A stretch of DNA of 59,358 nucleotides, the filler included, from Asterionella formosa (Eukaryota), in assembly GCA_002256025.1 (NCBI GenBank). It is 4 parts of 4 records of this genome, joined end to end, with 100 filler letters (N's around TTAATTAATTAA, not from the genome) between each part and the next. Parts side by side here need not be neighbours in the genome. Positions count along the whole stretch, not along the records: positions 14,875 to 29,642 come from NKIB01005765.1; positions 29,743 to 44,500 come from NKIB01005769.1; 2 more parts are not named here. The stretch is one strand, 5' to 3'. Numbering within the stretch: position 1 is the stretch's first letter; each line of letters starts with the position of its first letter. The notes under the pieces are model-generated. The model was not told the origin of the DNA, did no database searches, and was given only the letters and a program-made list of their open reading frames with translations. Below are positions 22,967-33,985 of this stretch, one piece after another. The translations under genes were made by a program, and so were the position numbers.

Positions 22967-25861
22967 CTATATAATCTTCCCATTGTAGGATGTAACCTCT
23001 TCCTCCTCGTGATCTTCAGTAAAATATGATCGCTCGTCGTCGTCGTAGAAGTACACAGAGGGCTTGGACTGATAATTGCCGCTGTTGGAAGACGAATATT
23101 TCGCTTGTTTGCCTTGTTCCGAACTGGCGGCGCTTTCATCGTCTTGATCTAAGGAAGGAGACAATGTAACCTTTGATCGGTGGCTGCTACGACAAGAAGA
23201 CTGCTGCGATCGCCAGCTGTCTTGCCTGGAATTGGCGAATTGACCATCGTCTTCAGCCATCGAAGGATACGATGATGACTTTGCATAATAGCTACCAGTA
23301 CTACGAATTGACTGTTGCTTCGATCGCAAGTTACCTTGCCAGGATTCTTCTCTTCGTCGATCATCTTCAGAAAAGGAAGGATGGGATGACGCCAGAGGTG
23401 ATTTGGTCGGATAATAGCTCTCGTCGTCATCTGCCTCGTATGGATAGGTGGAAGCCCCGACACTTGGAGTAGGTTTTTTAACAAAATACGAAGCGTCGTC
23501 TTGAGAATAAAAGGAATTCTGATCCCTGTCCAGTGTTTGGTTTTCTTTCCGGTAAAAGCTTTCGCTTAAATCCATACTCACTGCTTGCTCTGTATCCTTC
23601 TCAACAGCGCTCTTGCGAGAAAAGGGCCTTGATATCCCAGTTGAAGCTATCCGCACATCACTTTCCGCCCTTGTTGATTCCTCATCAGCAAAGCCATCAA
23701 TGGCTATTGTTTTTTCATCACCTGACATGTCAACCACATTGCCAGAAGGATCTTCATCCCATTTATGTGCCCATGCCATATCACCATCCGGTAGGGAATC
23801 TGAGTCTTGCATCTTTGGATCCACGTAAAGCAATCTCTTCGTACCGATTGACATGTTGTGTTCGCGATCTCTCGTGATAAAGGCGGTGACAGCAAAAGCT
23901 CCAACAAATGCAGCGACCCCAATTAACATCCACCAACCATTTCCAGATTTTGATGAAGAACTGAAACCTTTACGGCCTCTGGTTACTGAGGGACCAACCC
24001 GAAAAAATACTTGATTGCCACCATTAGCGTTGCTCGTTCCAAGATCAGGGGGTGGGAGTGCTGCAGTTTCCGAATTTTGCGAAGAAACGAACGTTTGACC
24101 CGCGGGAACAGAGGAAGAGTTGGCAACCACTGGTGCTTCTACAAGACTTATTTGTGACATTCCGCCATGATCCAACTCATTAATCAAGCCGTGTCCACCC
24201 ACATGGATTACTTGACCATTTCGTCCTTCTGACGTTATCATAGGTTGAGCTTGATTGTGGGGTAGAAACAAGGCTGGACCAACATACTGAGTAGCCTGCG
24301 TGTTTCGACTCTCGTCGATAAGCTTGCTCGCTACAGATTGAGCTCCGGTACCGGTAGTTGGTTTCCAGTCCGGTCCGTGAAACTTTGCAATAGTAGCTCC
24401 CATTTTCTCCATTTTGTCATGCTTCGCCCATGGAGCACTTCTGCCCACTTTCGCGGCCACCTTCAATGACGAAGTACAGGCCTTTCGCTCGGCAAATCCA
24501 ATACGGGTATTTTCCATATCAAAAACAATTTCATGCTTTGCCAGGGCTCGCCATCCAATCTGAGTAACCCCATCAGTTTGGAAGCCAAGGCAAGGTATAA
24601 ACGTGCCCAACTTGTCCTGATATGTAAGGTATTGTTCGGGTGGAATTGCCAAAAGTACATCAAAGGGATGTATCGTGTCGTGACGCCCCACGAGACCAGG
24701 AATATCATAACTGGTTGCATCTGATTGAACGGCCGTGTACGCCTCTACTTGTAAGAAAATGGTGGGGAACCGAAATTCATCCTCCTTTTTCAATGGGATC
24801 CCCGATTCAAGATAGGGATAGCCGACCATCTCTTTGAAAGCCTCCTCAAATGAGATCCTGAAATGTTCATCAAGCAAAGTTTCCTCAACTTTCGACTCTA
24901 AAAGTGTATTCCCCTGCTGTCCTGCTACCTTCGAGGTATGGTCACCATCTCGTCCTTGTATTGGAAATAGAGTCATCGTTCCTTGACTGGCCCTCAGTAA
25001 TGGTTCGTTTCCACCTCCAAGACCGACATACATCCCACGAATGTGAATAGCATAGGTTGACAATGATTTATGGCTAGCTGTGTTCAATGCCCACACCAGG
25101 GGTGTATCATGTTGTGACCTGTCGAAATCCCCAAGATGAATGCTTCCAGCCGAGTCCTCGTCTCCTTCACTGAAACACATACTAAATTGCTTTTTGTTCA
25201 TGTGTCCATCGTTATAGAACTGAGAAACTAATGAATATGGGCTATTGGCAAGGCCCATCACTCCATCGACACGTGAATCCCGTGTCAGCCCCACCATAGT
25301 TTCTTGACAAATAAAGGTAAGCTTGTGCTTCTTCCCCCCGTTAGCGGGCAGTCCGTCGGAAGTGTCTAGAAAAACTAAATCCTGAATTTCGATTCCTTTG
25401 TATCCACCTGTTGTACCATGTTCTCCATCCATGTATACGAGTGACTGACATTCATCTTTATCATTAATACAAGTGCTGGTTGCAAACGCGCAATGGTCCT
25501 TGCATTGACGCACAGATGCGGTCGAGGAGGCAAATGCATTAAATGGCTTGTCCACATGATTGTTTCCACAATTGGTGCATTTGGTACAGGGGAAGGTGGT
25601 GTATTCATGGTTGAGATCTACTTCCAAGACGACTGACTGAGATTTCCCGACGTATAACGTAACATAGTGTCCCGGTGGTGAAGGGTCGAGACTTGACGAA
25701 TCATCACTTGCAAGTTGACGATTGTTTTCTGAAGTTATGCTACTAGGGACGGGTAGCAGATTGTGAACTACCGCAATGCTTAAGACAAAGGCGACGAGCC
25801 ACTTGTTGGATATTCTTTGCGTCATTCGAATCATTCCTTTTTCAGTAAAATATGAAACCAC
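22967..25861 (-). CDS. Pepsin-fold (A1, plasmepsin V/BACE-like) type I membrane protein, catalytic motifs degenerate
   Basis: Signal segment, HYVTLYVG, FPC..C..CG.H, DGVMGL, FSMCF, RIGFA, TM helix WWMLIGVAAFVGAF, long Ser/Asp-rich tail. The exact start codon is uncertain. Confidence 0.85.
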   Translation of the reverse strand: MVSYFTEKGMIRMTQRISNKWLVAFVLSIAVVHNLLPVPSSITSENNRQLASDDSSSLDPSPPGHYVTLYVGKSQSVVLEVDLNHEYTTFPCTKCTNCGNNHVDKPFNAFASSTASVRQCKDHCAFATSTCINDKDECQSLVYMDGEHGTTGGYKGIEIQDLVFLDTSDGLPANGGKKHKLTFICQETMVGLTRDSRVDGVMGLANSPYSLVSQFYNDGHMNKKQFSMCFSEGDEDSAGSIHLGDFDRSQHDTPLVWALNTASHKSLSTYAIHIRGMYVGLGGGNEPLLRASQGTMTLFPIQGRDGDHTSKVAGQQGNTLLESKVEETLLDEHFRISFEEAFKEMVGYPYLESGIPLKKEDEFRFPTIFLQVEAYTAVQSDATSYDIPGLVGRHDTIHPFDVLLAIPPEQYLTYQDKLGTFIPCLGFQTDGVTQIGWRALAKHEIVFDMENTRIGFAERKACTSSLKVAAKVGRSAPWAKHDKMEKMGATIAKFHGPDWKPTTGTGAQSVASKLIDESRNTQATQYVGPALFLPHNQAQPMITSEGRNGQVIHVGGHGLINELDHGGMSQISLVEAPVVANSSSVPAGQTFVSSQNSETAALPPPDLGTSNANGGNQVFFRVGPSVTRGRKGFSSSSKSGNGWWMLIGVAAFVGAFAVTAFITRDREHNMSIGTKRLLYVDPKMQDSDSLPDGDMAWAHKWDEDPSGNVVDMSGDEKTIAIDGFADEESTRAESDVRIASTGISRPFSRKSAVEKDTEQAVSMDLSESFYRKENQTLDRDQNSFYSQDDASYFVKKPTPSVGASTYPYEADDDESYYPTKSPLASSHPSFSEDDRRREESWQGNLRSKQQSIRSTGSYYAKSSSYPSMAEDDGQFANSRQDSWRSQQSSCRSSHRSKVTLSPSLDQDDESAASSEQGKQAKYSSSNSGNYQSKPSVYFYDDDERSYFTEDHEEEEVTSYNGKII

Positions 25862-26139
25862 GATTCCAATAAAAATGCAAACGATCAGCAGTCACTTTGC
25901 AGCAACAAAAGCCGTTCTTCGGCCGTGTTTTCTCAGATCACTCTTGCTACTGTTGACTCTAATCTTTTTTTTATCTCCTCTTCTTTGTGTGATTCTTTCC
26001 TCTCTTTTCTTAATCCTGATGGTTGTGTTTTGTTTTGTTTCGTGACCTGACATCCTGTCACAATGACAATAAGATAATGTGGGGGGGGGGGGGGGGGGGG
26101 GGGGGGCATTTNNNNNNNNNNCCCCGCCCCCCCCCCCGC

Positions 26140-26176
<37 letters not shown>

Positions 26177-26504
26177 ACACCCCCCCCCCCCCGCCCCCCG
26201 CCCCCCCCCCCCTCGTCGAGGAAGGCATTTTGTGAGACACTGCTACTGTATCATGACTATTTTGACAAATACTGTCACTATGCCAGTCATTATGACCACG
26301 ATGACGACCCTACGTACATACAGGCACCCTGGTACCAGGTACCAGGTACCAGGGTACAATTGTGTAAAAAAGGAGTCTACTGGGTAGACTTGATCCAGCG
26401 GGTGGGATGTATTCTCTACCTAGATTCTTACGTGCTGGTAGTACTCCCTAGGAGTGCGACTTACTTTCTCTGTAATAACCATCCTGCTCGACAAACTACT
26501 GGTA

Positions 26505-26760
26505 ATTGACCTACTACCTGTCAATAAGCACTCTGCTTTCTCAATTGCGAACTCTAAAATTATAAGTTAAACGACATGTTTCCTTTCGTCAATGCATTTT
26601 TGCTCCCCACAAAGTCATTCTAAGACTCTCTTCGAATTTCCACTTAACATTTCCATAGAAAACGTCAACCTTTAATCCTGTTAGGCAGCTGATTAGCATG
26701 GCAATGCATGATTCGACTTGTTGGATTATAATAGAGTCCACAATCCTCGTGACTCAAACT
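26505..26760 (-). repeat. Second copy of the 7647-7899 relic
   Basis: Shared blocks TTCTAAGACTCTC, AACATTTCCATAGAAA, GCATGGCAAT, GAGTCCACAATCCTCGTGA. Confidence 0.75.
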
Positions 26761-27457
26761 TTCTGTTGACCTCACATGCTGAAAAGCAAGAAGCTCATTG
26801 GAAAAGGTGCAAAACTTGAGGGGAGCTCAAAGAAATTGCGTCTATACAGTCTGTGATGGGGACCGTAGCTAGGGAAAGGAATGGCTACAAACCCTCCTGA
26901 TCTAGAAACATAGCAGGTACCAAGTGGAAAGTACGTACCACATTGAGCCTACATAGATGGGCAATCAATCAAGCGTAAGAAATGGGAGGTGCATCAGTGA
27001 GAGCACAAAGGAAAATACCTGCGTGTACCGGTAGACGCCTATGATGATTGGGTGACTCATAAGCGCACATCTTGTAATTAATTCTGAAGAGCTTGCAACT
27101 CGAATTTGTTAATTGTTGAACCTCCTTCAATTAGGTTGGTAAGAAAAAATTTGATCAGGCTTTACTTACTTTGTTGTCTTAATTGATAGCAGTGAGAAGA
27201 AGAAAAAAATTTTCTCACCCACCACCCTGAAAATTGTTAAACCAGCTACCAGGAGGTACCCTGCCAATAGTATAGTACATACACACATATTATTTAATTT
27301 GGTATCCATGTGAAAAATGAGCACATATCTCCATGCACCAGACCAGAATCAAGCACCAGTTATATGATAATCCCCTATATAGCTACTTTTTACTCTCCCA
27401 ATTTTGAGAGTACAAGAAAATGGGGGTCTCATTCAGGTACCTTGACTATGTAGCTAC

Positions 27458-27552
27458 TAACTTTGTCAAAAGTATAAATTTCTGGTAAGCATTTCTTGAG
27501 CACCCTCCCTGAAAAAATGCTTATCAGAAATTCAATGCTCTTGACAAAGTTA
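27458..27552. repeat. ~95-bp fold-back inverted repeat (MITE-like)
   Basis: TAACTTTGTCAA..AATTTCTG.TAAGCATTT pairs with AAATGCTTA.CAGAAATT..TTGACAAAGTTA. Confidence 0.75.
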
Positions 27553-28198
27553 CATTTTCATTGGAACAAGATTTTATACTAGTACTGCAAATGACATGAA
27601 TTGAAATTTGGGCTACAGCAGTATGTTGCTATGATGTAAAATAGTTAAAAAAATAATCACTATAATTTTCTTCTAAATAGATTTATACAAATATTACCAA
27701 AACACAAAAAGTCGAACACACCATGGCATCATCAGGCGCCATCCTCTGGTGATGTTTGCACTAGTGCAGCACATGGTTCCAAGATTGTTTCAATGCTCTG
27801 TTGAAATTAAGTGTTGAACTGGGATCAAGAAGTATCCAATTGGCCGACCATACTTGCATGGATGAAGTCGGACTTGTATGATGAGATCTCAAGTGAAGAG
27901 TCAACCTGGAATGTGTAAGTTGAAACTGAATTGCTGGCTGAGCGATAGCTGCTTGTTCTTGTTGCCAGCAACATCAACTAACCCTCCTTGTTCTTCTTTA
28001 TCCTTGAATCTGTGAGAGACAGCTGTGTTATTGTTGACATAGCTACAATCTGTGGAACGGAAAATATTTCAGAGCCAACATTGATGATGGGCATGATGAA
28101 CTGGCAATACTCAGTGAGTTGGTGAGCAAGCAAGGGAAACATTATGGCATCATCAGTTCAGTTCTACCGGACAAATTACCAGAATTCTGTGTACCACC

Positions 28199-28333
28199 AC
28201 CGGACAATCGTCCGGTATTTGAGAAAATGATCAAACTGTTGATCATCAAGACGAACACGATGAAGCTACTGATTTTCGGTTGAATTTATAATGAAGATCA
28301 CTTTCACGGCGTCCTCCCGGACGATTGTCCGGT
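28199..28333. repeat. Perfect 17-bp inverted repeat pair enclosing ~100 bp
   Basis: ACCGGACAATCGTCCGG (28199-28215) and CCGGACGATTGTCCGGT (28317-28333). Confidence 0.75.
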
Positions 28334-28759
28334 ACCTGCCTGGTACTAGATCATAGTAGCATCCTACCAAAGGCTAAATTATTTCATGGAATCCTGTATT
28401 TTGTACACGGATAAGTTTTCGTGAGTTCAATTGAAAGAATTTTGATACATTCATCCCGATCAACACCCTTACACACCATGGCATCATTGTTTCATCATTT
28501 CATTGCTGCATGACTTGATGGCTGCCCACATTCATCATCTTCTTGGCAAATGCTTATTGCGCTTAGTAGGCCTGCTTTCAGGAAGTCATTGAATAGTTGA
28601 TGCAGGTTGAAATGGACAAGCTAAGCAAGATAAGTAGTAAAGCATGTCTGATAATATTAAAATAAATGTTTATTCCTTTTCTTTTTTTGCTTTGCTACAA
28701 CTACATGATTTCCTTTTGTCGCAGATCTTTCCCTTCCCTCCATCATATCCACAGAACTT

Positions 28760-29642
28760 CGTCTGCAAATAAAAAGTATCATGCATAGAGGATCAAGGGC
28801 AGTATCAGACGCTAAGTGGCACAGGATTTTCGTTTATATGATAATTTTTGGATCAAAAATATGATCAAGGTATCTTGTATCTATGATGATTTATTAATAT
28901 GTTACCAACCTTGAAGTATAATGATAATAGGAGCATTATCATCACACAATGTAAACAAACTGATCAACAACATTTCTCGTCAATATCATAAACCTTCTCA
29001 TATTAATTTCACTTCTCGTGATCACCCGATGTAAATTATTACTACAATGCATCCTAAAATCAGCTCAAGAAGTATATGCTATCATTTGAATTGTTTCATC
29101 GTATATCTATCTTAATCATGATCATTTTTCTCATTACAAGGATTGTTAAAAAAGGATTGGAACGGATCTTAAATTAATTGACAAATTTAGCAATGCTATC
29201 TATGATTCTACAGGCCAGCAACCCAACGTTTCTCTCTCTACTCGGCTCAATGTATATTGATCCTGTCTCTCCCTTTCCTCTATTCTGAATCTTTCGCCAT
29301 GCAGTGCTTAATGTCTCGCATTTCTCCCTGCATTTAGTGACACTGTGAGCTCACCGACTATTCCGTTGTTTGATTGGTTTTATTGTCCTATGCATGGCCT
29401 GCAGTTACAGTTACAATGAGAAGGAATGATTTGTTAGCTAGTCATGTTACATTGACACAAGAACACGCAATTCCATCGTATCCTCTTGCTTCACTTACGA
29501 CAAATCAATGCAACTGATGCATAAGTCTGTAATAGTAACTTGTCAGTAAGCCAAATTCTTGAATAAGTAAGTTTCGGGTATCCAATGTTGTCGAATAAAA
29601 CTTACCGGTTCATTTTTGTCAGCTTAACTTTGAGAGAAGGTA
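28760..29642 (-). repeat. Dispersed ~0.9-kb repeat, copy 2 (runs into gap)
   Basis: Reverse-complement match to ~30-903. Confidence 0.9.
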
Positions 29643-29742
29643 NNNNNNNNNNNNNNNNNNNNNNNNNNNNNNNNNNNNNNNNNNNNTTAATTAATTAANN
29701 NNNNNNNNNNNNNNNNNNNNNNNNNNNNNNNNNNNNNNNNNN
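29643..29742. other. Scaffold gap with TTAATTAATTAA linker
   Basis: N run with linker. Confidence 0.97.
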
Positions 29743-29944
29743 GAAGCAACAAAAAATGTGTTGCTGGAAGCAACAAACCACCCACCCAGATGTTGGAGAA
29801 AGAAAAAATTGTGCTGAGCAACACTTTTAAACTTTTGTATCTCTGTTAAGACCTGCCCTCACAGGTATTGAAATCACTGATAGGTTAAAAAACATACGTG
29901 CTAGTTAGAAATGTATGGAACCCTTTTATATTATAGTGGCATTA

Positions 29945-30976
29945 TTATTCCTCTTTGTCGAAAACCTTGACATCCCATACCAACCCAGCAATCTCAAGGG
30001 GCTTAATAAATCCCCAATAAGCCACATCCCACCAGCATCGCTTGGCCAAAGTACTATGATCATGATGGTCAGCATGGTTTTCTTCTTGCACAATTGCACC
30101 AAAAAGGGGATAGAGCAGATCAAGGAACCAAAAAGGTGGATAGTACAAATTTGGTTTTGCCCGCGAATTAACTGCCTTGCATTTTTTCGGTAGATTAGGA
30201 GGGTGATTGCATACATTGAACCATAAGGTTATAGTCTGACAAATCCAAGAGGATGTATAGGACACAAACAGGCCTTCACGCCCAAAGACAACATAGGCCA
30301 ATGTCATTTCAATCAAGGAGACTAGAAAAGACCAAGTGTCCAGAATTCTCATGTATTTGTCTTCCATATGCTTGGGTGCGAATTCTTCTTCGACCGTATT
30401 GTGAGTCATGAAAAAGGCAAATGCATTCTCTGTTCCATCGATGCTGCATGAGTGAGGATCGCGAGGACCATCGCAAAACTTATGGTGCATCCGGTGCTGC
30501 GAGGCCCACCAAATTGGTCCTCCCTGACTAGCTGAGGACGCGATAAACCCCATTGCGAAGCGTGTGCAAGGACCGCACTTAAATGCCGCGTGCGCTGAAT
30601 AGCGATGCAAGCATGCCGACATGGGAACCGCAACTTTGTAAATTGCAATCACAAGTACAGCCATTGCCAGGAACAAGTGATGCTTCATTGAGGCAGCGAG
30701 CATCATGGACGTCATGTAAATGGGTACCACAGCAACACAAAAGAGAGTTCGCATTTGAAATACCGTAACAGCGAGAGTAATGTTCACCAAGATCGCAAGA
30801 AGAAAAAGACGAAGAAATTCAGGTTCCAATTTCATGGCGAGAACCACGAGCGGTACGGTGATGTTGATACCCATTCCGACTTCGTTCACGTGCATGCCTC
30901 CGCGGCTGTACCACGGTTTGTTCGGTGCATCATCATCTGGAGAGCTAGACGTAGTCGTGGAGGGTGTTGTTGACAT
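29945..30976 (-). CDS. Membrane fatty-acid desaturase, delta-9-like, no cytochrome b5 domain
   Basis: His boxes HRYSAH, WWASQHRMHHKFCD..DPHS, NVCNH, EENHADHH; several TM helices; intronless. Confidence 0.88.
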   Translation of the reverse strand: MSTTPSTTTSSSPDDDAPNKPWYSRGGMHVNEVGMGINITVPLVVLAMKLEPEFLRLFLLAILVNITLAVTVFQMRTLFCVAVVPIYMTSMMLAASMKHHLFLAMAVLVIAIYKVAVPMSACLHRYSAHAAFKCGPCTRFAMGFIASSASQGGPIWWASQHRMHHKFCDGPRDPHSCSIDGTENAFAFFMTHNTVEEEFAPKHMEDKYMRILDTWSFLVSLIEMTLAYVVFGREGLFVSYTSSWICQTITLWFNVCNHPPNLPKKCKAVNSRAKPNLYYPPFWFLDLLYPLFGAIVQEENHADHHDHSTLAKRCWWDVAYWGFIKPLEIAGLVWDVKVFDKEE

Positions 30977-31620
30977 GGGGCTGTTGCTGAGTACTGATAA
31001 GTATAGATTTGATTTGATTCGATTCCGAGAATCTATCTGATTCTGACTAGACGAATACGCTGAGAAGTGTGCACTTTCGCAAATAACTTGTAACAGGGTC
31101 AGACCAGTTAAGTGACCAATTGATGTAGAATACTGGGCAAGGAAGGCGGCTCGTTAATGCTTTCTTGCAGCTGTAATCGCTTATGTGTCCTCAAGTGCCA
31201 AAGGTTGTTAAGGATGAAATTTGAATTGAGACAGCTGTGGTGAGTTTCGCTCTGGTGCATCCTGGTTCGCTCTCGGTCGTGTGTACTGGTACAAATCCGA
31301 TCCGAAGGAAATGTACGTTAAATTCCTCAGGTCCGGTAATACAATACCAGCACCTGGTACCAGGAGAACCTGTTATTACGCCGTACCTAGCAATGGTAAC
31401 CCGGGAGCAGGTACAACTATTAACAACCTCCATAGTGAGGAAGCCCCTGGTACCAGGTACCTTGTAACTGTTCTGCGTGTACCCCCCCTTCAGTACAGCA
31501 AAGCAAAGTACATGGAGTAAATAGAACAATTAGTGAGGTGTTCGCTCACTATCATTATGCTTAGACTACCGTTACCGGTACTCCTACCAATGACGGATTC
31601 CTCGACGCCTCATCTTTCGT

Positions 31621-31790
31621 GCTCAGAACGGCAGAATTCTGTGAGCAGCCAGCCGGGGAGCGACATCAGCAGAAGCCGCAAGCATCACCAAAAGGATGCA
31701 CTCCCACCAGGAAGGTCACGTTATGCGCGCTTTTGCCCGCACATTTTTTGTTTCGACTCCCTCCGCCCTGCCGGGCGAGATAGGCTGGCT
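31621..31790. other. GC-rich element with nested base-pairing potential; unassigned
   Basis: Six mutually compatible helices (listed in findings). I recognised no RNA-family motif. Confidence 0.35.
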
Positions 31791-32308
31791 TTCAATTCCA
31801 AACTTTTAAATTTTTTATTATCAATATACCGGCACTTACCTACTATGCCGTTAAATTGTAATTCACTGATTCCATGTCCACCTCTTTAAATCCAAATCGT
31901 GTTCACACACACCTACCTACCCTTTAAGGTGTTTAATTTGCTTGAAGACGGTTTGTGATGCTGGTTTAGGAATTTTAAGCAAGTTCTATGTGCAATAGAT
32001 GCAGTCATGTGATATAATACCAGTATTTGGCGGCATACACATGATTATCTTGATGACCGACAGACAGGAATGTTCTGCGGCGTATCACAGCCAACCATAA
32101 ATTACTTCCTTCGCCGTCTTTGCAGACTTACTTAAAGCAAACTTACACTACCAGTATGCTCCATCATCATCACGAAAAACCATGATGGGCTTTCTTCGCT
32201 CGGTTTAGGTACCAGGTACCAAGTACAGCAAATGATGATGCAAAAGTAATGCACTCAACTACCGGTACACAACAACAGCAAGTACCGGTACTTCAATACA
32301 AACAAGGA

Positions 32309-33901
32309 ATGGCCACCAAGGAAGAGAAGAGACTCGGAGGAATAGCCTGGGCTGGTTCGCTGGTAGGGTCCAAGAACCCAAATAATCTCGGATATCGATA
32401 CTCGCACGAGCACAAGCGCTACAAGAAGACTGGTGATGATGAGACCAACACGGAGATTCCAAGCAACATGGTGGTTCTCTTGCAGAACCGCGAAGGCGAA
32501 GCGCTTGGGGAACAACTAGATTTGCCAACGAATAGCAGCGTTGATGACCTGAGTGCCCTAGTTCACTCATTGAAGGACGAGAGTGATGACAAAAGAATTC
32601 CTTACTCATTTTATGCCAAAGTTACACGGAACGGAGTTGAAGACGACATTGAAGTTACCACTACGATCCTTGATCTACTGAAAGATAACAACATATCCAC
32701 AGAGCAAGTATTGAAGTTGACTTATCAGCCTCTTGCCGTCTTCAGAGTAAGACCAGTCACCAGATGCACAGATACCATGCCCGGTCACACTGAGGCCATT
32801 CTGCATGTTTCATATTCTCCCGACGGAAGTTATCTTGCCAGTGGAGGAGGAGATACAACTGTTCGTTTCTGGGACGTTAATACATCTCTTCCAAAATTTA
32901 CTTGTGCTGGGCACAAGAATCATGTTCTCTGCACCGCGTGGTCTCCTGATGGAACCAAATTTGTCAGCGGAGACAAAAACGGTGTTATCATCCTTTGGAA
33001 CCCGGTCACGGGAAAGGCTATAGGATCACCAAAAAAGGCACATCCAAAATGGATAACATCCTTTGCCTGGGAACCTCTTCATGCAAACCCTTCGGGAGAA
33101 CGACTCGCCACATCCTCGAAGGATAGCACGGTCAAGATCTGGAATACTCGCACACAAATGGCGCTCGTCACCCTTAGCGGACATCTGGACAGTGTCGAAT
33201 GCGTCAAGTGGGGAGGACAAGGTCTTTTGTATACCGCCAGTCGAGATCGAACCATCAAGGTATGGACTGCCGATGGAGTCGATCTCGGTAAGCTCGTTAG
33301 AACACTCACTGGACATGCCCACCGGATAAATACACTTGCCATTTCCTGTGATTATGTTACAAGAACGGGTCCTTATGATCACAGGGGAAAAGTCTATCAG
33401 CAAATCGAAGACAAACAGGAAGCTGCAAAGCAGAAGTACGAAGACATGATGGGGGGAGAACCGGAACGACTTGTGAGCGGTTCGGATGACTTCACCTTGT
33501 TCTTGTGGCACCCTAAGGTCGACAAGCATCCCGTCAAGCGAATGACAGGTCATCAACAAATTGTGAACCACTTGCAGTTTTCTCCAGATGGAAGATACTT
33601 GGCTTCGGCTAGTTTTGACAAGAAAGTGAAGCTATGGAATGGAAAGTCTGGTGATTTCATAAGTACTATGACGGGTCATGTTGGTGCTGTATATCAAGTG
33701 GCTTGGAGTCCAGATTCAAGATTCTTAGTCAGCGCATCAAAAGATTCAACAGCCAAGCTTTGGGAAATACCCTCAGGAAAACGAGCAAGAGAAACTTTGC
33801 CTGGTCATGCCGATGAAGTGTATGCCTTGGACTGGGCACCAAATGGAGCAAGTCTTGCCACGGGTAGTAAGGATCGAACAATCAAAATTTGGAAGAATTA
33901 G
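32309..33901 (+). CDS. NLE1: Notchless / Rsa4 ribosome-assembly WD40 protein
   Basis: NLE domain ending ISTEQVLKLTYQPLAVFRVRPVTRC, then WD40 repeats (GHTEAIL, ERLVSGSDDFTLFLW, LPGHADEVYALDW). Alternative ATG at 32249. Confidence 0.95.
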   Translation: MATKEEKRLGGIAWAGSLVGSKNPNNLGYRYSHEHKRYKKTGDDETNTEIPSNMVVLLQNREGEALGEQLDLPTNSSVDDLSALVHSLKDESDDKRIPYSFYAKVTRNGVEDDIEVTTTILDLLKDNNISTEQVLKLTYQPLAVFRVRPVTRCTDTMPGHTEAILHVSYSPDGSYLASGGGDTTVRFWDVNTSLPKFTCAGHKNHVLCTAWSPDGTKFVSGDKNGVIILWNPVTGKAIGSPKKAHPKWITSFAWEPLHANPSGERLATSSKDSTVKIWNTRTQMALVTLSGHLDSVECVKWGGQGLLYTASRDRTIKVWTADGVDLGKLVRTLTGHAHRINTLAISCDYVTRTGPYDHRGKVYQQIEDKQEAAKQKYEDMMGGEPERLVSGSDDFTLFLWHPKVDKHPVKRMTGHQQIVNHLQFSPDGRYLASASFDKKVKLWNGKSGDFISTMTGHVGAVYQVAWSPDSRFLVSASKDSTAKLWEIPSGKRARETLPGHADEVYALDWAPNGASLATGSKDRTIKIWKN

Positions 33902-33985
33902 TTGTCCATAGTCTCTGTTCTGTTAAGTTTACAAGCAATCTGAACCTTATGTTAACCCTATATCTTGCTGTCATGTAATTGGCCC

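Noticed and set aside
26079..26215. Poly-G/poly-C tracts and Gly/Pro-rich ORFs
   Set aside because: They flank a 10-nt N gap and look like low-quality homopolymer sequence; not credible as coding or as a G-quadruplex feature.
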